The notes: generated by a model from the letters alone, not told the origin. Positions 12,415 to 25,451 are shown, counted from the stretch's first letter. The stretch is DNA of 64,000 nt from Flaccisagitta enflata (GCA_965153355.1 OZ231126.1:34720001-34784000), one strand, 5' to 3'. Translations and numbers: made by a program.

Positions 12415-13135
12415 TTTTTTTCTTTTTGGTCAAGACTTACAGCTAGAGGTATGGAACTATATTCACTCAAAGCTCTTGCCCATCAGCTTTCAGAAAAACC
12501 ATAGTTCAAACTACTTCATTAAGATAGTGCAGCAGGAAATGACCCTCCATCTGAGGTCCTTATTGCTCCCATCGTACTGTAGCAAGAGGACCAAGTTTAG
12601 CCAATGTTACCAAAAAAATTGTTTAGAAAGTCTATACTATCTTATTTTTAGTCACTGACGAGTAACTGGTCAAAATTTTAAATTTGCATAGGAAATAAAA
12701 AAATAAAAAAACAAAGAACATACTTCTCTTCCCAAATTGATTACAGAGAGAACTATGTTCTTTAAAATGCAAAATTTCCCTATGTTTGGCTTTCTTAGAA
12801 TTTCGACCTCAGAAAATGAAAAAAAGTGTAAGCCAACTTCACTAAAAAACATCTTCATTCTTATTTTCATGTGGAACGCATAGTTCAAATTACATCTTAA
12901 GTCAGAATATGATAAGAATGTATGCACCAAGTGTCCTTAGAGACAATTTGTCCACTTAAAGCATTCCAGCTTCATTATTGTCCTGATAATAATGCAAAAA
13001 GTATGGTGAAACACTTTATTTTTCTTCATAAATTTTCTGTCTTTAGGTTCTTCATCTGATTAGCCGGGGTAGTGGGATCACAAAAATTGGACGGGGTGTA
13101 AGACACCTCACCCTAGTAAAACTTCTCATTAAATA

Positions 13136-13597
13136 CACTTTTTTTGTTTTATAAGAGACCAGTTTATAAGAGACATGAGGCTGAGATTTGCCGAAATTTT
13201 AAGAACAAAATAAGAGAATGCCCAGGCTGAGATTCACTTATAGAAATTTTTAAGAAAATTTTTTTTTGAGTCTCTTGATAATCCTTAGATTTTTTTAAAA
13301 ATTTGTAAATTTTTCAAAAAAAAAGACTTTTTTTGCTTTTGGTTGTCACATTGAACAAGATATTTCAAGTTTTATAGTAACTAACAAGTTTTCAATTGAA
13401 GATACATAGAACACTACAAAATAGTGTATTCATACATTGTTTTCCATATAAATAGTGTATTTATACATTACTTTCCATATTTCACGCGACAAAAAAATAA
13501 GAACAATTTAAGAGAATTTGAGCCTCAAAACAGCAAACAATTTAAGAACATCCAGGCTGAGTTTAAAAATCTTGTCTCTGATAAAAAAAAAAAAGTG
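13136..13597. mobile_element. TA-MITE (CACTTTTTTT..AAAAAAAGTG) inserted in a family B remnant
   Basis: TA duplication; host sequence resumes on both sides. Confidence 0.72.
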
Positions 13598-14921
13598 TAT
13601 AAACAAAATTGGTCAAAGCATAAAGAAATTATCCATTTTTCAAAATGAACACAACGACAACAACAACAACGACGACACACACCCGCCTTCATTGGTTACC
13701 GCCTTCATTGGTTAATCCCATTTAGGGCAAATACAATACTCGCGTTAGCAACTTTTCTCCTGACAAAGCACCTCACTGGACTATTATCACTGCCCCTGCC
13801 TACCCGCAAGCGACTGAGATTGCCGTTTAGATACAGGTATGATGTATACATGTACATCTAGCTTTTTAGTCGCGGACACGCGACTCTACACCTTGCCATG
13901 TCGGTCGGTCCGTCCGTCACATTTCTGAATTGCGAGTGGTTTTTGCATTGCTGCCCCTGCCCAACCGTCCGCGACTGGATTGCCGTGTATCCGGCCTTGT
14001 TTATGACAAATCCAAATGCCGATTTATATGCGATAGGCTGGTGCGCGAATGACGCTTGCGAGCGAGAGCTAATGTGACAAATGATTAATCAAGGCTAGCG
14101 CCCCTAATAGCATACCAACAATTTACAATAAGTCATAGGAAAGTTCTCTATCAAAGGGATATAGCTCAAAATCATGTAAAAAGATGGTCAATGAAAAAAA
14201 TTTAGCCATAGCCCATAGGCCCCCTATAAACTATGGCCGCCACCCCCCTCATATCACATAGGAAATGTATGGGATGGATTTTGGCCTCCAAAGTTTCCTA
14301 TAATCTATCACGCACATCGGTGTAGGGGAGCAAAAAGCTCAGGGACATCCATACCATTTTCAAGCCCGACAGCAACTTCAAGCCCGATATAATAAACCTA
14401 TGTTTTGCACCCTTTACGAAGCCTTTTGCAACAATAACTAAGCTTTTTATGCTCAAGCTAGCTCTTTGAAACCAAAAACAACTTGTTTTTTTAAATTCTT
14501 TCATTTTTCTCTTTTTCTCTCACCTTTTTTAATTCTTTTTCTCTATTTCTTTTCCTTCTTATCAACCTTTTCACTAGATTCCCAGCCCAACAGAATTTCA
14601 AGCCCGACAAACAGAGCCGTCCATGGATGGCTTGGATGTTCCTTTGTCCTACACCGATGACCATGCGCTAGTGCCCACAGGGTGGAAAAAAGTTCAAGAT
14701 GAGTGACCATTGCCCCAAGGCCCCACCTGGTTTTTCAGGATCTACTTAATGTGGAGAAGTATTTTCTAGCCAAAATCAAATTATCCCTGAGGCGCTTTTT
14801 ATTTAACAAGGTCATTAGACCAAAGTCACGTGCGTCGGCACTATCAAAAAAGTAAGGCAGACAGACATTAGACCCATTTTTTCCCGAGACTTTTGTAGTT
14901 AGAAAACATATGACAGTGCCA

Positions 14922-17122
14922 AACTGATGAAGAAAATATAGCCGCTTCTTTTTCCTGTTACTTTGAATCCGTTTATGGTGGTTCTGATACGCCTGTACAT
15001 GACAAAATGAAAAATGATTTTCACGATTCCTTTACGGATTTTTTCAACAATCACATAAACGATGACATAAATTCTGATTTTCTGTCATGGACTGATATGA
15101 TTGATATAGCGCGTAAAATCAAGCTTGGCAAAGCAACTGCTGGATTGATAAGACCTGAGCACTTCATTCATGGGTGTCCTTATTTGATGCGGCACTTTCA
15201 GATTCTTTTTAATAGTATGATCCAGCATGGCTCTGTTCCAACGGACTTTCTAAGAGGTTACATCTCACCCATTGTCAAAGACAGTAATGGTGATGTTTCG
15301 GACGTTTCGAATTATAGAGGCATCACACTTGGTTGCTTACCAGCCAGATTATTTGAATTTGCTATTAAAAAAAAACGCTTCATCTTTTGAATACGGATAA
15401 TCTCCTATTCGGTTTTAAAAAAAAAAAGTAGTACCTCTCACACGATATTCACGCTAAAATCTACTGTTGACTATTTCACCCACAGAGGATCTCGAGTTTA
15501 TGTAGCTTTTTTGGATGCAACTAAAGCATTTGATAGGATCTCGCACTATGGTCTCTTTTCCAAGCTTATTGAACGACAGATCCCTCTGTGTTTTCTACTC
15601 TGCCTTATTTTCTGGTATCAAAACATGGTCTCATCTGTACGATGGGGCTCTGCAAAAAGTGACGAATTCCCGGTACCATTAGGAATAAAACAGGGTGGGA
15701 TAAATTCACCCGATTTTTTCTCTTGTTATATTGATGGATTGATTCAAATGGTACGCAGTTTATGCATCGGCTGTCATATCAGTAAACTTTGCGTATCTGT
15801 GTTGCTCTTTGCCGATGATATTTGTCTAATTGCCCCAACAAGATCGGCCCTTCAAAGGATGATTGATGCATGTTCATCCTATTGTACTAAGTACGGATTA
15901 ACTTTTAACTGTAAAAAGTCAAAGATTTTAGTGTTTAATGGGACACATGTTGACCTTGATGCTTTGGAACCGTTACGACTCAATGGTACAGATATCGAGT
16001 TTGTCAGTCAAATAATATATTTGGGCATGACTATTGTCTCAAATCCTACCTTTTCTTTTACAGCTGAGCCTGATCTTCGATCTTTCTATCGCGCATCAAA
16101 TTCGGTCTTGAATGTACTAGCAAAGCCCGATGAAGCTGTACAAATGCAACTTCTATTTACTAATTGTGTGCCTACACTCAGTTATGGCTGCTCAATTAAG
16201 GATTATTCTTCTAGACAAATGAGTGATTGCAACATTGCTGTAAACAATGCGATACGGAGAATTTTCTCGTTTAACAAATGGGAGAGTACAAGAACCTTAC
16301 GTGAGCAATTTGGTTACCCATCTCTGTACGAAATTTTTTCAAAGGCTAAGGACAAATTTAGACTTTCGATTGCAAATCATAGTAACACGGTCCTTTCCTC
16401 GTTGTCTCTGATAAATATCACCAATCAAGACGAAGACGAATTGCCTTAAAAGATAATTGTTACGGCTTCTAGTTTGTAGTTGTAGTTTTTAGTTTTTTGT
16501 ATGAAATCTGTCGCTTTTACAGTATGTTTATTCTCAAATGAAACGAAAGATGACGGCATAAATCCAAAACGAATTGAGATAATCAAATTCCGAAAAAAGT
16601 TTCTAAAAGAGTATGTTCTGGCATTTATTTTTTGCAAAATCTTAGCCTTTTGGGTCAAATAGTTTAGCTTCAATCTGCATTTGAAGATAAAACATGAATT
16701 GTTATTTGTTACTTTTTCCCACTGGAGACAGATGAAATTTTCAAATTTTGCTATTTTTTCAACAAAAATGGTAATTGTTCATCTCAACAGGCAATGTATG
16801 TGGTATTTCTGATGGCAGATAAGATTTTTCTTGCTAACTGATTCAATTTAACTAAAAAATCTCAAAAAACAATTTTTTTATGAACTGAAAATAGAAAAAA
16901 AATAAGTGATGTTGTGATTTTTACAATTTGGCTTTAATGTGGATTGAAGCTAGACTAATTGAGATCTAAGGCTAAGATTTGGCACAAACAATTGCCAGAA
17001 CATACTTTTTCAGGAATTTTTTTTCGGAATTTGATTATCTTATTTCGTTTAGGGTTTATGCCGTCATCTTTTGTTTCATTTGAGAATAAACATACTGTAC
17101 ATGTTGACAAATTAAAATACCT
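14922..17122 (+). mobile_element. 5'-truncated non-LTR retrotransposon (RT domain, RTE/RTEX-like); coding ~15007-16449; 3' UTR interrupted by a MITE
   Basis: NYRGITL, DATKAFD, GIKQGGINSP, LLFADD and YLG motifs; frameshifts in A-runs at ~15367-15375 and ~15417-15427; ends defined by the interrupted foldback arm. Confidence 0.9.
16520..17097. mobile_element. TA-MITE with ~130-bp TIRs in the LINE 3' UTR
   Basis: TA|CAGTATGTTTATTCTCAAATG and its inverse|TA. Confidence 0.87.
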
Positions 17123-18049
17123 CATATTGTCGCAAAGTCTATCTGCTATCATAATATAAAAAGAAAAAAACAATTTTCAAAATTCTTGGCTTGGGTTTCG
17201 AACGGTGAAATTTGCTAAAAGTATAGGAAATTGAAAATTTCAAAATGAAAATTTTTAAAATCTGATTGCAGATTCTTATTCTCCATGAAAAAGTATGTAC
17301 GCAAGGTATAATTCATTTTTTAAAATTCTTATGGGAACATGACAAAAAATCTAATTTTTGTTGAAAAAAGCGAACAAAAGAACAATTATGCGCTTTTTGT
17401 TAGTTTTTTTAATATTTGACAGGCTTCTTGTAAAAATATCAAAAAAAGAAGAGCACTTTTCATTTATACTTTTTCATGAAGAATCTGAATCTGCAATCAG
17501 ATTTCAAAAATTTTCATTTTGAAATTTTTATTTTCCTATACATTTAGCAAATTTCACCGTTCGAAACCCAAGCCAAGAATTTTGAAAATTGTTTTTTTCT
17601 TTTTACAACATGATAGTAGATAAAGTTTGCAACAATATGGCACTGTCATATGTTTTCTAGCTTCAAAAGTCTCGGGAAAAAATGGGTCTAACAGACAGAC
17701 AAACAATTTTCTTTCTCGAAAAAACATTTGAAATTTACTCTTCCAAGTTTCTTCTCTGATAATCAGAGACACAAAAAACCGCGATAAAAAGCCATTAAAA
17801 CGATTTTGTTACGAACCAACTGGCGGACCGATGGACCAACGGACCGACAGACCAACCAAAGAGTGGCTTAAAGAGTTGGGTAGCACGCGACTAAAAATGG
17901 AAAATCCAAGATTTTCAGTTAGATTTGACATAAATAAGGCCGGATACACAGCTACCCCAGTCGCGTGCTGGTGGGCAGGGGCCATAATTGAGGTAACCAA
18001 ATCATTTGGGCAGGAGCAGTAAGGCCAAAAACCGCAAAAAAAAAGTAAA

Positions 18050-20710
18050 GTGATGACAACCAAAATCTAAGAAAAAAATGTTTAAAAACTTTTTCAAAAC
18101 AAAAAATTTCAAAAAAATTTTGCAAAAAAATTAAAAAAAAAAAACTTTTCAAAATATCTAATAGTTGAAGATGATGACAGTAGTCAAAGATGATGACAGT
18201 AGTCAAAGATGATGACAATAGTTGAAGATGATGACAATAGTTGAAGATGATGACAGTAGTTGAAGATGATGACAGTAGTTGAAGATGATGACAGTAGTTG
18301 AAGATGATGACAGTAGTTGAAGATGATGACAATAGTTGAAGATGATGACAATAGTTGAAGATGATGACAGTAGTTGAAGATGATGACAGTAGTTGAAGAT
18401 GATGACAGTAGTTGAAGATGATGACAGAAGTTGAAGATGATGACAGTAGTTGAAGATGATGACAGTAGTTGAAGATGATGACAGTAGTTGAAGATGATGA
18501 CAGTAGTTGAAGATGATGACAGTAGTTGAAGATGATGACAGTAGTTGAAGATGATGACAGTAGTTGAAGATGATGACAGTAGTTGAAGATGATGACAGTA
18601 GTTGAAGATGATGACAGTAGTTGAAGATGATGACAGTAGTTGAAGATGATGACAGTAGTTGAAGATGATGACAGTAGTTGAAGATGATGACAGTAGTTGA
18701 AGATGATGACAGTAGTTGAAGATGATGACAGTAGTTGAAGATGATGACAGTAGTTGAAGATGATGACAGTAGTTGAAGATGATGACAGTAGTTGAAGATG
18801 ATGACAGTAGTTGAAGATGATGACAGTAGTTGAAGATGATGACAGTAGTTGAAGATGATGACAGTAGTTGAAGATGATGACAGTAGTTGAAGATGATGAC
18901 AGTAGTTGAAGATGATGACAGTAGTTGAAGATGATGACAGTAGTTGAAGATGATGACAGTAGTTGAAGATGATGACAGTAGTTGAAGATGATGACAGTAG
19001 TTGAAGATGATGACAGTAGTTGAAGATGATGACAGTAGTTGAAGATGATGACAGTAGTTGAAGATGATGACAGCAGTTGAAGATGATGACAGTAGTTGAA
19101 GATGACAGTAGTTGGATGATGACAGCAGTTGGAGATGATGACAGCAGTTGGAGATGATGACAGTAGTTGAAGATGATGACAGTAGTTGAAGATGACAGTA
19201 GTTGAAGATGATGACAGTAGTTGAAGATGATGACAGTAGTTGAAGATGATGACAGTAGTTGAAGATGATGACAGTAGTTGAAGATGATGACAGTAGTTGA
19301 AGATGATGACAGTAGTTGAAGATGATGACAGTAGTTGAAGATGATGACAGTAGTTGAAGATGATGACAGTAGTTGAAGATGATGACAGTAGTTGAAGATG
19401 ATGACAGAAGAAGATGATGACAGTAGTTGAAGATGATGACAGTAGTTGAAGAATGATGACAGTAGTTGAAGATGATGACAGTAGTTGAGATGATGACAGT
19501 AGTTGAAGATGATGACAGTAGTTGAAGATGATGACAGTAGTTGAAGATGATGACAGTAGTTGAAGATGATGACAGTAGTTGAAGATGATGACAGTAGTTG
19601 AAGATGATGACAGTAGTTGAAGATGATGACAGTAGTTGAAGATGATGACAGTAGTTGAAGATGATGACAGTAGTTGAAGATGATGACAGTAGTTGAAGAT
19701 GATGACAGAAGTTGAAGATGATGACAGTAGTTGAAGATGATGACAGTTGAAGATGATGACAGTAGTTGAAGATGATGACAGTAGTTGAAGATGATGACAG
19801 TAGTTGAAGATGATGACAGTAGTTGAAGATGATGACAGTAGTTGAAGATGATGACAGTAGTTGAAGATGATGACAGTAGTTGAAGATGAATCTTGAAATC
19901 CATGATGGCAAACCTAAAGAAAAATCAGAATGTAATAAATGAGCAAGTAAAAGAACTCCAATCCTCTATATAAATCTAAGTCCTAGTGACATATTGCTAC
20001 TTTAATAAGCTAATATCTTATAAACCAGACTTCAGATTTAATTTGAATTTTGCAGGGGCAGTTCAATTAATATCCTTTGCTTGTATACCAAATTAAAAAA
20101 AAATCACATAACTTTGCTACCCTTTGCCTATGTAAACTGCCTAAGTCATAGTAACATATTACTACATAAATAAGCTAATATCTCATAAACCAGACTTCAG
20201 ATTTAATATGAATTTTGCAGGGGTTAGTTACTTACTACCCTCTACTTGTGTACAAAATTAAAAAAAAATTCACATACCTTTACTACCCTTTGCCAATGTA
20301 AATTGCCTAAGTCCTAGCAACATACTACTACATAAATAAGCTAATATCTCAGGAACCAGACCTCAGATTTAATTCGAATTTTGCAGGGGTTGTTTATTTA
20401 CTACCCTCTGCTTGTATACCAAATAAAAAAAAAATCATAAACCTTTACTACCCTCTACCTATGAAAACCACTTAAGTCCCAGCTAAATATTACTACAAAA
20501 GTAATAGGCAAAGGGTAGTAAAAGTTAATGAATTTTTCTGAAAATTGGTACACAAGCTCCCATTGACATAAAAATAACACTGGTAAAGTTTCATGAACTT
20601 CTGAGGTCTGGTTCAAAAGATATGAGAAGGTTTTAAACGAACGAACATCAACAACAGACAACGCATTACTGCTATCACATAGTCACCGACGAAAACTGTT
20701 CGTCGGGGAC
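18050..20710 (-). mobile_element. HINE family A copy (Helentron-associated, DINE-1-like); hairpin end lost
   Basis: Terminus GTCCCCGACGAAC..TTCGTCGGTGACTAT after a T-run; ~165-bp tandem units; 19-bp array. Confidence 0.8.
18162..19888. repeat. 19-bp satellite (GAAGATGATGACAGTAGTT)n, about 90 units
   Basis: Directly visible; shorter arrays at ~32045-32708, 33513-33867 and 40348-41018. Confidence 0.98.
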
Positions 20711-20936
20711 AAAAAAACTGTTCTTATAAAAAATACAGCGTGTAGTGCATGGGGTAGGGGGTGGGTGGCGATTATAGTTTATAGGGGTCCTTTGTCTATA
20801 TTTTTCTCGTAGACCGTCTTTATACTTGATTTTGAGCTTTATTTCTTTGATAGAGAACTTTCCTATGACTACGTAAATAATTGATAGGCTAGCCCCTAAG
20901 AACACCTTATATTGTATGTTCAGTTCAAGTTCAAAC

Positions 20937-21069
20937 CTGAGGCGTAATCGCCTTTGACGATGGCAAAATCTTCGTCATCGTCGATTTCCAGTCGCAAATC
21001 GATTTCTTCGTCATCGTCGTCATGATCCGCCTCACGAGCAACGGGCGGGATAAGCTGGTGTTGCGCCAT
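20937..21069 (-). CDS. TAX1BP1: TAX1BP1/CALCOCO-like protein, first coding exon (MAQHQLIPPVAREADHDDDDEEIDLRLEIDDDEDFAIVKGDYAS)
   Basis: ATG in catcATGG context; GC-rich open frame ending TCAG|gtttga in phase 1, joining G|TT ATC TTC CAG (YASVIFQN, compare FAHVIFQN). Confidence 0.75.
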
Positions 21070-23965
21070 GATGAGCGCCAAACAGTTGTTGGAGCGCAAT
21101 AAAGTCTTTGCGATACAAGTTTCTCTCAGTCCGATTTATCATCACCTACAAACCAACAACGTCTTCAACGAGGGCGATTTATGATTTTAAGACGTTCTTA
21201 TTCAGCCAGTAGAAAGCACTTAACCAAAGGCACAAAAGAGAAACATCCCAAGAACTGGACAAGTCATTATCAGCGTACAAATACAGACGACTATCGCCGA
21301 CTGGGAAAAATCAAGTCCTTCAATAAAATGTTAACAACAAATCATCAGATGCAATAAAAAAAGACATGCAACTTCTTGTTTGACAACTTGTTTGACATGA
21401 ACTTATGTACCCTCCACAGTTGCACAGAGTAGAACCATAAGCCACATAGAGGTCCATGGTGATGATGGAACTAGAGCCCGAGGCTCATGTCGCATAAGCG
21501 GTCCAAAATGAAGGACGCATCAGAAGTCTACCTTACTTTATCACGCAAAGCATATATTATGTGAAGCATGTATCAAATTGAGAGGGAATAGAATCAAAGG
21601 GTTTAGATGGGGGAAGAAAATCAAAGGGTTTGGATGGGAGAAGAAAATCAAAGGCTAGAAAAAAAGAAAATTTTTAAAATTATTAGTTTTAGTAGTTTTA
21701 AAAAATCATATATGATAGCTGTTTTGATTCCTATATTGCCATATGATAATGGATATTATATTCAATATAAAACATAAAACATTGGCCAACATAGAATTAA
21801 CAGCTGTGGAAATCAAAAGCCTCATCCTTTTTTCACCCTTATACCATGCGAAAATATTCTTATTCGCGATAAATATAAGGCCAGATACATAATTACTCTA
21901 ATTGCAATTGTGTGCAAGTAGGCAAGGGCTGTATATGAAGTCACGAAAGTATTTTGGCAAGAGCGGGGACGCCAAAGACTACAAAAACAAAAGTAAAATG
22001 TGACCAACCAAACAATAGACAAACAAAACAAAGTATAGCACTATATAGAGCCCAGCACACTACTAAAAATTGTTACTTAAATGCATATTCAATAATTATT
22101 GATGGCTTGGCAAGGGGGGGGAAGGAGACCCAAGACCAGAAAATTGCCCCATGTACAATTATAGCTTAATAACCACTCCAGAAATTTAAAACCATAAACT
22201 TCATACATTATTTCCAATAATTATGATGAAGTTCTGATGTGTCCCAAACTTGAGACCGCCTATTGTGACACGAGCCTTGTGACCAAGCCAATCACATGAG
22301 CCAGAGAAAAGTTGTCACGACCTTATTAAGGGCCTACTTATCAATCAGCAAAGGTGGAAGAAACAGTTCCGCTTTCTTAACTCAAAGATGCAGACTAGAT
22401 AATATTCAGTTGTATCAAGAGTTACCCAGACCACTGCTACATTCAGGCGTGCCAAATAGGGGCAATGACCGATTTCGACATATCACACGATGGTAATTTT
22501 GATTTCAACACGATTGCCATTTTCCCTTTTTCAAAAATCGATTGGCAACTGTTTTCTCTTGCAAAAGCAGTTTTGTTTGCCAAGAGACAGATAATTTACC
22601 CAGAGAAATACAAGTATACAGGTAATTTTAAAACTTTTGATGTGATGGAACTAAGTAGGCTGCGGTTCAATTTTACATCTCATGGAGCCATAAAACACGA
22701 TTCGAACTCCTCAACAAACAGCAAATGAAATGAAAACAATCACATGATTACAACAATATGCAAATTAGGGGAAAAAACAGGGGTTTTGAAAAGCGAGATA
22801 TTTAAAAAAAAAAAGTGGAGGCCTTTGGATTGATAGCCTCATATTATCTCCATAGAATGTTTTGCATATTGGCATACCCGACTTTGAAGAGCATCTGTAA
22901 TAACTATTGATCATTTCAGAAAAACTGACATTTTCAATCAAAACAAGCTGTGTCAAAGAATTAAAAATAACCTATCTGATTGACCTAGAACAATCACTTC
23001 TATCTTTTGTAGACGGTATCTTAAAGGTTATTAAGCACTAAATGCAAAAAGAAAACTTACACTCTTAGTTTCCTCAAAAAATAAAAATTTTCATTACTGT
23101 GAGAAAGTGTGATAATGCTGTTTAAACACTGTAAAACATTGTTTCAGGGATCAGAAGTTTTCTGCAACAATCCATTTGGCGGTTACATTTGCCAGAGTGC
23201 CTAAAAACCAAAATTGAACTCCATCCCTCAAACATGCTTATTCTTTGCAAAAATGCTTTCAAATGAACCATTGCGCGACATTCAAATCAATCGGGAACCA
23301 TTGTTAGGGTTAGCGTAAAGTTTCCCTAGATATGTATGACAGAGAAAAAATCTGCATAATTCAATTCAATTCAATTCAATCTTTGACCTCAACCTAACGA
23401 TGGTTCATGGTCTTCAATGGCTGATGAAAAAAAAAATCGCCGAGGAAAAATATTTTTGTGGGGGAAAGCTCAATTTTGCCTTATTTGGGCACTTTGACAA
23501 ACATATTGGCGGTGGTCATTTGACGGGTTGGCAGGGGCATCAAACCCTGGTCCATACCCCAACTCCCACCCCACACACAAACATGCAAAAAAGCTTCCAA
23601 AATGCTCATTTTTCCACTTTTCAACTCGATCATTACGGACGGACAAAGCCTCTTACAGATTTGCGTGTCCACAACTACAGAAACAATTAACCTATTACGA
23701 TCTCCATCATTGTAACATAACAAAATCTGTAGTTAGTTATAGTATAATAGTTATACGATCAAAAAAGGAATGTCTCGCAATGCGAAAAAAATATTGCTGT
23801 CGCTTTGCCAAAAAGTAGCCTTTAGTAAACTACGAAATGAAGAGGAAAGTTCCTGTACTAATCAAATAAGAAGCACATAACGTCAAAAAGTTGTCCCTGC
23901 ACTCCTGAAATAAGATGCACATGACGTCGCTTTCCGTTAAATTTTCTACAGAGAAGTGCTAAATA

Positions 23966-24331
23966 CAAGGTGTGAACCCCCTAAAAACTGTAGCACCCCC
24001 ACCTACAGCTCTAACCAATTATATTACAGAGACTTTTAGAGTAAAGAAAGAATGTTTGTATCAATAGAAGTGGCGCCACCAGAGCGATTTTTAAATTTTG
24101 ACCTCTAACTCAAAATATAACTGATAAACATGTTAAAATGAGCTAATTTTAAATATTCATAAAAATAAGGTTTTTGTATTATAATTTTAAACTGGAGTGA
24201 AAATTTCAAAATCGCCCTGGTGGCGCCACTTGTATCGTCCTAAACTATTATTTAAAATCCAACACAAATTATTTATTAGTGTAATTTGATCTGTAAGGGG
24301 GGGTGCTACAGTTTTAGGGGGTTCACATTTT
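23966..24331. mobile_element. Palindromic MITE just 3' of the XPO6 stop; a relative forms the outer shell at ~56012-58952
   Basis: TGTGAACCCCCTAAAAACTGTAGCACCCCC and its inverse. Confidence 0.8.
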
Positions 24332-24411
24332 ATATTACGCCTTCCTCTGTATGGGGCAGCACTCTAGATGCGTCGACAATCGAGCGCGGATGTTGGAGTG
24401 TCGTATCCGCT

Positions 24412-24534
24412 TCAGGAATCGACGAGTGAGACGCTCCCGAAAGGCAATCGTGAATTACACAATTGGTAATATCGAAGGTCATTGACGAAGCGAGTGAGAT
24501 TTTGGATGAAAGTGGGCAGATCCTCATCGTTTCT
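24412..24534 (-). CDS. XPO6: Exportin-6 last coding exon (RNDEDLPTFIQNLTRFVNDLRYYQLCNSRLPFGSVSLVDS*)
   Basis: Hand-translated; matches the C-terminal DLPSFTQN..LVNDLRYYRLCN; TGA at 24414-24412. Confidence 0.93.
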   Translation of the reverse strand, partial: RNDEDLPTFIQNLTRFVNDLRYYQLCNSRLPFGSVSLVDS

Positions 24535-24620
24535 CTGGTGGGCAAAACTCAGGGTTAGGAAAGTCATCCCATAGAAGCAGGGTTAGCATCAGCAAAAAAA
24601 GAGTCGCCAGTTCCGAAAAA

Positions 24621-24936
24621 CAGGGGTGTACATAGTTCTATGATCTTTGATTATTTTCCCCCCCTGCCTTTGATTTTCTTCCCCGCAACGCGTCGCATCA
24701 CGTTAAAAAATGAATGATTTTCTTGCCCATATAGCAATACAACAGTGTTTTTAGGTTTTAAATAGTGTCAAATTGTGTTTCACTAATCCGTATATTGGTA
24801 CTGCCAAAAGTTTTGTTTTCCCTAAATTTTCTTTTTTTCTCTTTTTTCCCCCCTTAAATTTCCTTCCCCACCTCCAAACCCTTTGATTATTTCCCCCCAA
24901 CGGGGAGGGGGGAATGTGGTACTATATACAGGCCTG
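24621..24936. mobile_element. hAT-type MITE with 8-bp TSD CCGAAAAA
   Basis: CAGGGGTGTA...TATACAGGCCTG flanked by an exact 8-bp duplication. Confidence 0.88.
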
Positions 24937-25259
24937 CCGAAAAACGATGTAAACAAAGTAGCTAAAAGTGTTACCCAGCTGCGCATTTTATTTCTTATCG
25001 CACATCAATTCCAAAGATACCATTGGCTCAGGAAAAGTTCAAATATTTGCGCGAACTTCATTTTTAAAGATCCTGTTGCAAAATAGAAACTCAAAACTGA
25101 AAAACAAAAACAAAAATTAAGCTGATTTCCTGGCGGCTCATTATTGTTGATGGAAAAGTCAACCTTTGATGCCATTTCATTGGCCCAAGCAGGTCGGTCG
25201 GTAAGATGCGGCTGGTCAAACTTTTTCACAACTTTTCAGGCTCATCAACAATGTTTTAC

Positions 25260-25451
25260 CTTGAAGTGTTCAACAAGAGTCGATTTTTGATTGTGATTTA
25301 AATTTTCCGTTTGCATCAACATTGTAGGAAGAAATTGTGAAAAGAACTTGGGAAAATCCGCCGACGCCATATTGAAAATTAGTAGCGATATCTCCTCTTG
25401 CAAGAGGTCATGGGAACGAAGCAACAGTACACCGATTAGAACTTGCAGAAA
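25260..25451 (-). CDS. XPO6: Exportin-6 exon (FLQVLIGVLLLRSHDLLQEEI...STLVEHFK)
   Basis: SHDLLQEEI and NMAS.DF motifs; 192 nt, phase 0/0. Confidence 0.95.

Larger units (their letters stand above)
14868..17691. mobile_element. Foldback element (palindrome 17123-17639 plus outer arms) whose left arm is split by the LINE
   Basis: 14868-14921 is the inverse of 17638-17691. Confidence 0.75.

Noticed and set aside
18162-19888. CRISPR-like or telomeric array
   Set aside because: No unique spacers, no cas genes, eukaryotic intron context; arrays are internal to mobile elements
18184-19911. 575-aa and 566-aa ORFs (FNYCHHLQLLSSSSTTVII)n, and similar ORFs at 32-34 and 41 kb
   Set aside because: Artefact of a stop-free 19-bp satellite read in all frames inside a transposon
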